From assembly GCA_000002435.2 (NCBI GenBank), contig CM018793.1: a stretch of DNA of 64,000 nt; one strand, written 5' to 3'. Positions 7,101 through 19,100 of the stretch are shown here, one piece after another. Under the pieces are notes generated by a model, which did no database searches, was not told the origin of the DNA, and saw nothing but the letters and a program-made list of their open reading frames with translations. The first letter of the stretch is position 1. The number at the start of each line of letters is the position of its first letter. The position numbers and the translations under genes are program-made. The stretch comes from Giardia intestinalis (lineage: Eukaryota).

Positions 7101-10100
7101 NNNNNNNNNNNNNNNNNNNNNNNNNNNNNNNNNNNNNNNNNNNNNNNNNNNNNNNNNNNNNNNNNNNNNNNNNNNNNNNNNNNNNNNNNNNNNNNNNNNN
7201 NNNNNNNNNNNNNNNNNNNNNNNNNNNNNNNNNNNNNNNNNNNNNNNNNNNNNNNNNNNNNNNNNNNNNNNNNNNNNNNNNNNNNNNNNNNNNNNNNNNN
7301 NNNNNNNNNNNNNNNNNNNNNNNNNNNNNNNNNNNNNNNNNNNNNNNNNNNNNNNNNNNNNNNNNNNNNNNNNNNNNNNNNNNNNNNNNNNNNNNNNNNN
7401 NNNNNNNNNNNNNNNNNNNNNNNNNNNNNNNNNNNNNNNNNNNNNNNNNNNNNNNNNNNNNNNNNNNNNNNNNNNNNNNNNNNNNNNNNNNNNNNNNNNN
7501 NNNNNNNNNNNNNNNNNNNNNNNNNNNNNNNNNNNNNNNNNNNNNNNNNNNNNNNNNNNNNNNNNNNNNNNNNNNNNNNNNNNNNNNNNNNNNNNNNNNN
7601 NNNNNNNNNNNNNNNNNNNNNNNNNNNNNNNNNNNNNNNNNNNNNNNNNNNNNNNNNNNNNNNNNNNNNNNNNNNNNNNNNNNNNNNNNNNNNNNNNNNN
7701 NNNNNNNNNNNNNNNNNNNNNNNNNNNNNNNNNNNNNNNNNNNNNNNNNNNNNNNNNNNNNNNNNNNNNNNNNNNNNNNNNNNNNNNNNNNNNNNNNNNN
7801 NNNNNNNNNNNNNNNNNNNNNNNNNNNNNNNNNNNNNNNNNNNNNNNNNNNNNNNNNNNNNNNNNNNNNNNNNNNNNNNNNNNNNNNNNNNNNNNNNNNN
7901 NNNNNNNNNNNNNNNNNNNNNNNNNNNNNNNNNNNNNNNNNNNNNNNNNNNNNNNNNNNNNNNNNNNNNNNNNNNNNNNNNNNNNNNNNNNNNNNNNNNN
8001 NNNNNNNNNNNNNNNNNNNNNNNNNNNNNNNNNNNNNNNNNNNNNNNNNNNNNNNNNNNNNNNNNNNNNNNNNNNNNNNNNNNNNNNNNNNNNNNNNNNN
8101 NNNNNNNNNNNNNNNNNNNNNNNNNNNNNNNNNNNNNNNNNNNNNNNNNNNNNNNNNNNNNNNNNNNNNNNNNNNNNNNNNNNNNNNNNNNNNNNNNNNN
8201 NNNNNNNNNNNNNNNNNNNNNNNNNNNNNNNNNNNNNNNNNNNNNNNNNNNNNNNNNNNNNNNNNNNNNNNNNNNNNNNNNNNNNNNNNNNNNNNNNNNN
8301 NNNNNNNNNNNNNNNNNNNNNNNNNNNNNNNNNNNNNNNNNNNNNNNNNNNNNNNNNNNNNNNNNNNNNNNNNNNNNNNNNNNNNNNNNNNNNNNNNNNN
8401 NNNNNNNNNNNNNNNNNNNNNNNNNNNNNNNNNNNNNNNNNNNNNNNNNNNNNNNNNNNNNNNNNNNNNNNNNNNNNNNNNNNNNNNNNNNNNNNNNNNN
8501 NNNNNNNNNNNNNNNNNNNNNNNNNNNNNNNNNNNNNNNNNNNNNNNNNNNNNNNNNNNNNNNNNNNNNNNNNNNNNNNNNNNNNNNNNNNNNNNNNNNN
8601 NNNNNNNNNNNNNNNNNNNNNNNNNNNNNNNNNNNNNNNNNNNNNNNNNNNNNNNNNNNNNNNNNNNNNNNNNNNNNNNNNNNNNNNNNNNNNNNNNNNN
8701 NNNNNNNNNNNNNNNNNNNNNNNNNNNNNNNNNNNNNNNNNNNNNNNNNNNNNNNNNNNNNNNNNNNNNNNNNNNNNNNNNNNNNNNNNNNNNNNNNNNN
8801 NNNNNNNNNNNNNNNNNNNNNNNNNNNNNNNNNNNNNNNNNNNNNNNNNNNNNNNNNNNNNNNNNNNNNNNNNNNNNNNNNNNNNNNNNNNNNNNNNNNN
8901 NNNNNNNNNNNNNNNNNNNNNNNNNNNNNNNNNNNNNNNNNNNNNNNNNNNNNNNNNNNNNNNNNNNNNNNNNNNNNNNNNNNNNNNNNNNNNNNNNNNN
9001 NNNNNNNNNNNNNNNNNNNNNNNNNNNNNNNNNNNNNNNNNNNNNNNNNNNNNNNNNNNNNNNNNNNNNNNNNNNNNNNNNNNNNNNNNNNNNNNNNNNN
9101 NNNNNNNNNNNNNNNNNNNNNNNNNNNNNNNNNNNNNNNNNNNNNNNNNNNNNNNNNNNNNNNNNNNNNNNNNNNNNNNNNNNNNNNNNNNNNNNNNNNN
9201 NNNNNNNNNNNNNNNNNNNNNNNNNNNNNNNNNNNNNNNNNNNNNNNNNNNNNNNNNNNNNNNNNNNNNNNNNNNNNNNNNNNNNNNNNNNNNNNNNNNN
9301 NNNNNNNNNNNNNNNNNNNNNNNNNNNNNNNNNNNNNNNNNNNNNNNNNNNNNNNNNNNNNNNNNNNNNNNNNNNNNNNNNNNNNNNNNNNNNNNNNNNN
9401 NNNNNNNNNNNNNNNNNNNNNNNNNNNNNNNNNNNNNNNNNNNNNNNNNNNNNNNNNNNNNNNNNNNNNNNNNNNNNNNNNNNNNNNNNNNNNNNNNNNN
9501 NNNNNNNNNNNNNNNNNNNNNNNNNNNNNNNNNNNNNNNNNNNNNNNNNNNNNNNNNNNNNNNNNNNNNNNNNNNNNNNNNNNNNNNNNNNNNNNNNNNN
9601 NNNNNNNNNNNNNNNNNNNNNNNNNNNNNNNNNNNNNNNNNNNNNNNNNNNNNNNNNNNNNNNNNNNNNNNNNNNNNNNNNNNNNNNNNNNNNNNNNNNN
9701 NNNNNNNNNNNNNNNNNNNNNNNNNNNNNNNNNNNNNNNNNNNNNNNNNNNNNNNNNNNNNNNNNNNNNNNNNNNNNNNNNNNNNNNNNNNNNNNNNNNN
9801 NNNNNNNNNNNNNNNNNNNNNNNNNNNNNNNNNNNNNNNNNNNNNNNNNNNNNNNNNNNNNNNNNNNNNNNNNNNNNNNNNNNNNNNNNNNNNNNNNNNN
9901 NNNNNNNNNNNNNNNNNNNNNNNNNNNNNNNNNNNNNNNNNNNNNNNNNNNNNNNNNNNNNNNNNNNNNNNNNNNNNNNNNNNNNNNNNNNNNNNNNNNN
10001 NNNNNNNNNNNNNNNNNNNNNNNNNNNNNNNNNNNNNNNNNNNNNNNNNNNNNNNNNNNNNNNNNNNNNNNNNNNNNNNNNNNNNNNNNNNNNNNNNNNN

Positions 10101-13100
10101 NNNNNNNNNNNNNNNNNNNNNNNNNNNNNNNNNNNNNNNNNNNNNNNNNNNNNNNNNNNNNNNNNNNNNNNNNNNNNNNNNNNNNNNNNNNNNNNNNNNN
10201 NNNNNNNNNNNNNNNNNNNNNNNNNNNNNNNNNNNNNNNNNNNNNNNNNNNNNNNNNNNNNNNNNNNNNNNNNNNNNNNNNNNNNNNNNNNNNNNNNNNN
10301 NNNNNNNNNNNNNNNNNNNNNNNNNNNNNNNNNNNNNNNNNNNNNNNNNNNNNNNNNNNNNNNNNNNNNNNNNNNNNNNNNNNNNNNNNNNNNNNNNNNN
10401 NNNNNNNNNNNNNNNNNNNNNNNNNNNNNNNNNNNNNNNNNNNNNNNNNNNNNNNNNNNNNNNNNNNNNNNNNNNNNNNNNNNNNNNNNNNNNNNNNNNN
10501 NNNNNNNNNNNNNNNNNNNNNNNNNNNNNNNNNNNNNNNNNNNNNNNNNNNNNNNNNNNNNNNNNNNNNNNNNNNNNNNNNNNNNNNNNNNNNNNNNNNN
10601 NNNNNNNNNNNNNNNNNNNNNNNNNNNNNNNNNNNNNNNNNNNNNNNNNNNNNNNNNNNNNNNNNNNNNNNNNNNNNNNNNNNNNNNNNNNNNNNNNNNN
10701 NNNNNNNNNNNNNNNNNNNNNNNNNNNNNNNNNNNNNNNNNNNNNNNNNNNNNNNNNNNNNNNNNNNNNNNNNNNNNNNNNNNNNNNNNNNNNNNNNNNN
10801 NNNNNNNNNNNNNNNNNNNNNNNNNNNNNNNNNNNNNNNNNNNNNNNNNNNNNNNNNNNNNNNNNNNNNNNNNNNNNNNNNNNNNNNNNNNNNNNNNNNN
10901 NNNNNNNNNNNNNNNNNNNNNNNNNNNNNNNNNNNNNNNNNNNNNNNNNNNNNNNNNNNNNNNNNNNNNNNNNNNNNNNNNNNNNNNNNNNNNNNNNNNN
11001 NNNNNNNNNNNNNNNNNNNNNNNNNNNNNNNNNNNNNNNNNNNNNNNNNNNNNNNNNNNNNNNNNNNNNNNNNNNNNNNNNNNNNNNNNNNNNNNNNNNN
11101 NNNNNNNNNNNNNNNNNNNNNNNNNNNNNNNNNNNNNNNNNNNNNNNNNNNNNNNNNNNNNNNNNNNNNNNNNNNNNNNNNNNNNNNNNNNNNNNNNNNN
11201 NNNNNNNNNNNNNNNNNNNNNNNNNNNNNNNNNNNNNNNNNNNNNNNNNNNNNNNNNNNNNNNNNNNNNNNNNNNNNNNNNNNNNNNNNNNNNNNNNNNN
11301 NNNNNNNNNNNNNNNNNNNNNNNNNNNNNNNNNNNNNNNNNNNNNNNNNNNNNNNNNNNNNNNNNNNNNNNNNNNNNNNNNNNNNNNNNNNNNNNNNNNN
11401 NNNNNNNNNNNNNNNNNNNNNNNNNNNNNNNNNNNNNNNNNNNNNNNNNNNNNNNNNNNNNNNNNNNNNNNNNNNNNNNNNNNNNNNNNNNNNNNNNNNN
11501 NNNNNNNNNNNNNNNNNNNNNNNNNNNNNNNNNNNNNNNNNNNNNNNNNNNNNNNNNNNNNNNNNNNNNNNNNNNNNNNNNNNNNNNNNNNNNNNNNNNN
11601 NNNNNNNNNNNNNNNNNNNNNNNNNNNNNNNNNNNNNNNNNNNNNNNNNNNNNNNNNNNNNNNNNNNNNNNNNNNNNNNNNNNNNNNNNNNNNNNNNNNN
11701 NNNNNNNNNNNNNNNNNNNNNNNNNNNNNNNNNNNNNNNNNNNNNNNNNNNNNNNNNNNNNNNNNNNNNNNNNNNNNNNNNNNNNNNNNNNNNNNNNNNN
11801 NNNNNNNNNNNNNNNNNNNNNNNNNNNNNNNNNNNNNNNNNNNNNNNNNNNNNNNNNNNNNNNNNNNNNNNNNNNNNNNNNNNNNNNNNNNNNNNNNNNN
11901 NNNNNNNNNNNNNNNNNNNNNNNNNNNNNNNNNNNNNNNNNNNNNNNNNNNNNNNNNNNNNNNNNNNNNNNNNNNNNNNNNNNNNNNNNNNNNNNNNNNN
12001 NNNNNNNNNNNNNNNNNNNNNNNNNNNNNNNNNNNNNNNNNNNNNNNNNNNNNNNNNNNNNNNNNNNNNNNNNNNNNNNNNNNNNNNNNNNNNNNNNNNN
12101 NNNNNNNNNNNNNNNNNNNNNNNNNNNNNNNNNNNNNNNNNNNNNNNNNNNNNNNNNNNNNNNNNNNNNNNNNNNNNNNNNNNNNNNNNNNNNNNNNNNN
12201 NNNNNNNNNNNNNNNNNNNNNNNNNNNNNNNNNNNNNNNNNNNNNNNNNNNNNNNNNNNNNNNNNNNNNNNNNNNNNNNNNNNNNNNNNNNNNNNNNNNN
12301 NNNNNNNNNNNNNNNNNNNNNNNNNNNNNNNNNNNNNNNNNNNNNNNNNNNNNNNNNNNNNNNNNNNNNNNNNNNNNNNNNNNNNNNNNNNNNNNNNNNN
12401 NNNNNNNNNNNNNNNNNNNNNNNNNNNNNNNNNNNNNNNNNNNNNNNNNNNNNNNNNNNNNNNNNNNNNNNNNNNNNNNNNNNNNNNNNNNNNNNNNNNN
12501 NNNNNNNNNNNNNNNNNNNNNNNNNNNNNNNNNNNNNNNNNNNNNNNNNNNNNNNNNNNNNNNNNNNNNNNNNNNNNNNNNNNNNNNNNNNNNNNNNNNN
12601 NNNNNNNNNNNNNNNNNNNNNNNNNNNNNNNNNNNNNNNNNNNNNNNNNNNNNNNNNNNNNNNNNNNNNNNNNNNNNNNNNNNNNNNNNNNNNNNNNNNN
12701 NNNNNNNNNNNNNNNNNNNNNNNNNNNNNNNNNNNNNNNNNNNNNNNNNNNNNNNNNNNNNNNNNNNNNNNNNNNNNNNNNNNNNNNNNNNNNNNNNNNN
12801 NNNNNNNNNNNNNNNNNNNNNNNNNNNNNNNNNNNNNNNNNNNNNNNNNNNNNNNNNNNNNNNNNNNNNNNNNNNNNNNNNNNNNNNNNNNNNNNNNNNN
12901 NNNNNNNNNNNNNNNNNNNNNNNNNNNNNNNNNNNNNNNNNNNNNNNNNNNNNNNNNNNNNNNNNNNNNNNNNNNNNNNNNNNNNNNNNNNNNNNNNNNN
13001 NNNNNNNNNNNNNNNNNNNNNNNNNNNNNNNNNNNNNNNNNNNNNNNNNNNNNNNNNNNNNNNNNNNNNNNNNNNNNNNNNNNNNNNNNNNNNNNNNNNN

Positions 13101-16100
13101 NNNNNNNNNNNNNNNNNNNNNNNNNNNNNNNNNNNNNNNNNNNNNNNNNNNNNNNNNNNNNNNNNNNNNNNNNNNNNNNNNNNNNNNNNNNNNNNNNNNN
13201 NNNNNNNNNNNNNNNNNNNNNNNNNNNNNNNNNNNNNNNNNNNNNNNNNNNNNNNNNNNNNNNNNNNNNNNNNNNNNNNNNNNNNNNNNNNNNNNNNNNN
13301 NNNNNNNNNNNNNNNNNNNNNNNNNNNNNNNNNNNNNNNNNNNNNNNNNNNNNNNNNNNNNNNNNNNNNNNNNNNNNNNNNNNNNNNNNNNNNNNNNNNN
13401 NNNNNNNNNNNNNNNNNNNNNNNNNNNNNNNNNNNNNNNNNNNNNNNNNNNNNNNNNNNNNNNNNNNNNNNNNNNNNNNNNNNNNNNNNNNNNNNNNNNN
13501 NNNNNNNNNNNNNNNNNNNNNNNNNNNNNNNNNNNNNNNNNNNNNNNNNNNNNNNNNNNNNNNNNNNNNNNNNNNNNNNNNNNNNNNNNNNNNNNNNNNN
13601 NNNNNNNNNNNNNNNNNNNNNNNNNNNNNNNNNNNNNNNNNNNNNNNNNNNNNNNNNNNNNNNNNNNNNNNNNNNNNNNNNNNNNNNNNNNNNNNNNNNN
13701 NNNNNNNNNNNNNNNNNNNNNNNNNNNNNNNNNNNNNNNNNNNNNNNNNNNNNNNNNNNNNNNNNNNNNNNNNNNNNNNNNNNNNNNNNNNNNNNNNNNN
13801 NNNNNNNNNNNNNNNNNNNNNNNNNNNNNNNNNNNNNNNNNNNNNNNNNNNNNNNNNNNNNNNNNNNNNNNNNNNNNNNNNNNNNNNNNNNNNNNNNNNN
13901 NNNNNNNNNNNNNNNNNNNNNNNNNNNNNNNNNNNNNNNNNNNNNNNNNNNNNNNNNNNNNNNNNNNNNNNNNNNNNNNNNNNNNNNNNNNNNNNNNNNN
14001 NNNNNNNNNNNNNNNNNNNNNNNNNNNNNNNNNNNNNNNNNNNNNNNNNNNNNNNNNNNNNNNNNNNNNNNNNNNNNNNNNNNNNNNNNNNNNNNNNNNN
14101 NNNNNNNNNNNNNNNNNNNNNNNNNNNNNNNNNNNNNNNNNNNNNNNNNNNNNNNNNNNNNNNNNNNNNNNNNNNNNNNNNNNNNNNNNNNNNNNNNNNN
14201 NNNNNNNNNNNNNNNNNNNNNNNNNNNNNNNNNNNNNNNNNNNNNNNNNNNNNNNNNNNNNNNNNNNNNNNNNNNNNNNNNNNNNNNNNNNNNNNNNNNN
14301 NNNNNNNNNNNNNNNNNNNNNNNNNNNNNNNNNNNNNNNNNNNNNNNNNNNNNNNNNNNNNNNNNNNNNNNNNNNNNNNNNNNNNNNNNNNNNNNNNNNN
14401 NNNNNNNNNNNNNNNNNNNNNNNNNNNNNNNNNNNNNNNNNNNNNNNNNNNNNNNNNNNNNNNNNNNNNNNNNNNNNNNNNNNNNNNNNNNNNNNNNNNN
14501 NNNNNNNNNNNNNNNNNNNNNNNNNNNNNNNNNNNNNNNNNNNNNNNNNNNNNNNNNNNNNNNNNNNNNNNNNNNNNNNNNNNNNNNNNNNNNNNNNNNN
14601 NNNNNNNNNNNNNNNNNNNNNNNNNNNNNNNNNNNNNNNNNNNNNNNNNNNNNNNNNNNNNNNNNNNNNNNNNNNNNNNNNNNNNNNNNNNNNNNNNNNN
14701 NNNNNNNNNNNNNNNNNNNNNNNNNNNNNNNNNNNNNNNNNNNNNNNNNNNNNNNNNNNNNNNNNNNNNNNNNNNNNNNNNNNNNNNNNNNNNNNNNNNN
14801 NNNNNNNNNNNNNNNNNNNNNNNNNNNNNNNNNNNNNNNNNNNNNNNNNNNNNNNNNNNNNNNNNNNNNNNNNNNNNNNNNNNNNNNNNNNNNNNNNNNN
14901 NNNNNNNNNNNNNNNNNNNNNNNNNNNNNNNNNNNNNNNNNNNNNNNNNNNNNNNNNNNNNNNNNNNNNNNNNNNNNNNNNNNNNNNNNNNNNNNNNNNN
15001 NNNNNNNNNNNNNNNNNNNNNNNNNNNNNNNNNNNNNNNNNNNNNNNNNNNNNNNNNNNNNNNNNNNNNNNNNNNNNNNNNNNNNNNNNNNNNNNNNNNN
15101 NNNNNNNNNNNNNNNNNNNNNNNNNNNNNNNNNNNNNNNNNNNNNNNNNNNNNNNNNNNNNNNNNNNNNNNNNNNNNNNNNNNNNNNNNNNNNNNNNNNN
15201 NNNNNNNNNNNNNNNNNNNNNNNNNNNNNNNNNNNNNNNNNNNNNNNNNNNNNNNNNNNNNNNNNNNNNNNNNNNNNNNNNNNNNNNNNNNNNNNNNNNN
15301 NNNNNNNNNNNNNNNNNNNNNNNNNNNNNNNNNNNNNNNNNNNNNNNNNNNNNNNNNNNNNNNNNNNNNNNNNNNNNNNNNNNNNNNNNNNNNNNNNNNN
15401 NNNNNNNNNNNNNNNNNNNNNNNNNNNNNNNNNNNNNNNNNNNNNNNNNNNNNNNNNNNNNNNNNNNNNNNNNNNNNNNNNNNNNNNNNNNNNNNNNNNN
15501 NNNNNNNNNNNNNNNNNNNNNNNNNNNNNNNNNNNNNNNNNNNNNNNNNNNNNNNNNNNNNNNNNNNNNNNNNNNNNNNNNNNNNNNNNNNNNNNNNNNN
15601 NNNNNNNNNNNNNNNNNNNNNNNNNNNNNNNNNNNNNNNNNNNNNNNNNNNNNNNNNNNNNNNNNNNNNNNNNNNNNNNNNNNNNNNNNNNNNNNNNNNN
15701 NNNNNNNNNNNNNNNNNNNNNNNNNNNNNNNNNNNNNNNNNNNNNNNNNNNNNNNNNNNNNNNNNNNNNNNNNNNNNNNNNNNNNNNNNNNNNNNNNNNN
15801 NNNNNNNNNNNNNNNNNNNNNNNNNNNNNNNNNNNNNNNNNNNNNNNNNNNNNNNNNNNNNNNNNNNNNNNNNNNNNNNNNNNNNNNNNNNNNNNNNNNN
15901 NNNNNNNNNNNNNNNNNNNNNNNNNNNNNNNNNNNNNNNNNNNNNNNNNNNNNNNNNNNNNNNNNNNNNNNNNNNNNNNNNNNNNNNNNNNNNNNNNNNN
16001 NNNNNNNNNNNNNNNNNNNNNNNNNNNNNNNNNNNNNNNNNNNNNNNNNNNNNNNNNNNNNNNNNNNNNNNNNNNNNNNNNNNNNNNNNNNNNNNNNNNN

Positions 16101-19100
16101 NNNNNNNNNNNNNNNNNNNNNNNNNNNNNNNNNNNNNNNNNNNNNNNNNNNNNNNNNNNNNNNNNNNNNNNNNNNNNNNNNNNNNNNNNNNNNNNNNNNN
16201 NNNNNNNNNNNNNNNNNNNNNNNNNNNNNNNNNNNNNNNNNNNNNNNNNNNNNNNNNNNNNNNNNNNNNNNNNNNNNNNNNNNNNNNNNNNNNNNNNNNN
16301 NNNNNNNNNNNNNNNNNNNNNNNNNNNNNNNNNNNNNNNNNNNNNNNNNNNNNNNNNNNNNNNNNNNNNNNNNNNNNNNNNNNNNNNNNNNNNNNNNNNN
16401 NNNNNNNNNNNNNNNNNNNNNNNNNNNNNNNNNNNNNNNNNNNNNNNNNNNNNNNNNNNNNNNNNNNNNNNNNNNNNNNNNNNNNNNNNNNNNNNNNNNN
16501 NNNNNNNNNNNNNNNNNNNNNNNNNNNNNNNNNNNNNNNNNNNNNNNNNNNNNNNNNNNNNNNNNNNNNNNNNNNNNNNNNNNNNNNNNNNNNNNNNNNN
16601 NNNNNNNNNNNNNNNNNNNNNNNNNNNNNNNNNNNNNNNNNNNNNNNNNNNNNNNNNNNNNNNNNNNNNNNNNNNNNNNNNNNNNNNNNNNNNNNNNNNN
16701 NNNNNNNNNNNNNNNNNNNNNNNNNNNNNNNNNNNNNNNNNNNNNNNNNNNNNNNNNNNNNNNNNNNNNNNNNNNNNNNNNNNNNNNNNNNNNNNNNNNN
16801 NNNNNNNNNNNNNNNNNNNNNNNNNNNNNNNNNNNNNNNNNNNNNNNNNNNNNNNNNNNNNNNNNNNNNNNNNNNNNNNNNNNNNNNNNNNNNNNNNNNN
16901 NNNNNNNNNNNNNNNNNNNNNNNNNNNNNNNNNNNNNNNNNNNNNNNNNNNNNNNNNNNNNNNNNNNNNNNNNNNNNNNNNNNNNNNNNNNNNNNNNNNN
17001 NNNNNNNNNNNNNNNNNNNNNNNNNNNNNNNNNNNNNNNNNNNNNNNNNNNNNNNNNNNNNNNNNNNNNNNNNNNNNNNNNNNNNNNNNNNNNNNNNNNN
17101 NNNNNNNNNNNNNNNNNNNNNNNNNNNNNNNNNNNNNNNNNNNNNNNNNNNNNNNNNNNNNNNNNNNNNNNNNNNNNNNNNNNNNNNNNNNNNNNNNNNN
17201 NNNNNNNNNNNNNNNNNNNNNNNNNNNNNNNNNNNNNNNNNNNNNNNNNNNNNNNNNNNNNNNNNNNNNNNNNNNNNNNNNNNNNNNNNNNNNNNNNNNN
17301 NNNNNNNNNNNNNNNNNNNNNNNNNNNNNNNNNNNNNNNNNNNNNNNNNNNNNNNNNNNNNNNNNNNNNNNNNNNNNNNNNNNNNNNNNNNNNNNNNNNN
17401 NNNNNNNNNNNNNNNNNNNNNNNNNNNNNNNNNNNNNNNNNNNNNNNNNNNNNNNNNNNNNNNNNNNNNNNNNNNNNNNNNNNNNNNNNNNNNNNNNNNN
17501 NNNNNNNNNNNNNNNNNNNNNNNNNNNNNNNNNNNNNNNNNNNNNNNNNNNNNNNNNNNNNNNNNNNNNNNNNNNNNNNNNNNNNNNNNNNNNNNNNNNN
17601 NNNNNNNNNNNNNNNNNNNNNNNNNNNNNNNNNNNNNNNNNNNNNNNNNNNNNNNNNNNNNNNNNNNNNNNNNNNNNNNNNNNNNNNNNNNNNNNNNNNN
17701 NNNNNNNNNNNNNNNNNNNNNNNNNNNNNNNNNNNNNNNNNNNNNNNNNNNNNNNNNNNNNNNNNNNNNNNNNNNNNNNNNNNNNNNNNNNNNNNNNNNN
17801 NNNNNNNNNNNNNNNNNNNNNNNNNNNNNNNNNNNNNNNNNNNNNNNNNNNNNNNNNNNNNNNNNNNNNNNNNNNNNNNNNNNNNNNNNNNNNNNNNNNN
17901 NNNNNNNNNNNNNNNNNNNNNNNNNNNNNNNNNNNNNNNNNNNNNNNNNNNNNNNNNNNNNNNNNNNNNNNNNNNNNNNNNNNNNNNNNNNNNNNNNNNN
18001 NNNNNNNNNNNNNNNNNNNNNNNNNNNNNNNNNNNNNNNNNNNNNNNNNNNNNNNNNNNNNNNNNNNNNNNNNNNNNNNNNNNNNNNNNNNNNNNNNNNN
18101 NNNNNNNNNNNNNNNNNNNNNNNNNNNNNNNNNNNNNNNNNNNNNNNNNNNNNNNNNNNNNNNNNNNNNNNNNNNNNNNNNNNNNNNNNNNNNNNNNNNN
18201 NNNNNNNNNNNNNNNNNNNNNNNNNNNNNNNNNNNNNNNNNNNNNNNNNNNNNNNNNNNNNNNNNNNNNNNNNNNNNNNNNNNNNNNNNNNNNNNNNNNN
18301 NNNNNNNNNNNNNNNNNNNNNNNNNNNNNNNNNNNNNNNNNNNNNNNNNNNNNNNNNNNNNNNNNNNNNNNNNNNNNNNNNNNNNNNNNNNNNNNNNNNN
18401 NNNNNNNNNNNNNNNNNNNNNNNNNNNNNNNNNNNNNNNNNNNNNNNNNNNNNNNNNNNNNNNNNNNNNNNNNNNNNNNNNNNNNNNNNNNNNNNNNNNN
18501 NNNNNNNNNNNNNNNNNNNNNNNNNNNNNNNNNNNNNNNNNNNNNNNNNNNNNNNNNNNNNNNNNNNNNNNNNNNNNNNNNNNNNNNNNNNNNNNNNNNN
18601 NNNNNNNNNNNNNNNNNNNNNNNNNNNNNNNNNNNNNNNNNNNNNNNNNNNNNNNNNNNNNNNNNNNNNNNNNNNNNNNNNNNNNNNNNNNNNNNNNNNN
18701 NNNNNNNNNNNNNNNNNNNNNNNNNNNNNNNNNNNNNNNNNNNNNNNNNNNNNNNNNNNNNNNNNNNNNNNNNNNNNNNNNNNNNNNNNNNNNNNNNNNN
18801 NNNNNNNNNNNNNNNNNNNNNNNNNNNNNNNNNNNNNNNNNNNNNNNNNNNNNNNNNNNNNNNNNNNNNNNNNNNNNNNNNNNNNNNNNNNNNNNNNNNN
18901 NNNNNNNNNNNNNNNNNNNNNNNNNNNNNNNNNNNNNNNNNNNNNNNNNNNNNNNNNNNNNNNNNNNNNNNNNNNNNNNNNNNNNNNNNNNNNNNNNNNN
19001 NNNNNNNNNNNNNNNNNNNNNNNNNNNNNNNNNNNNNNNNNNNNNNNNNNNNNNNNNNNNNNNNNNNNNNNNNNNNNNNNNNNNNNNNNNNNNNNNNNNN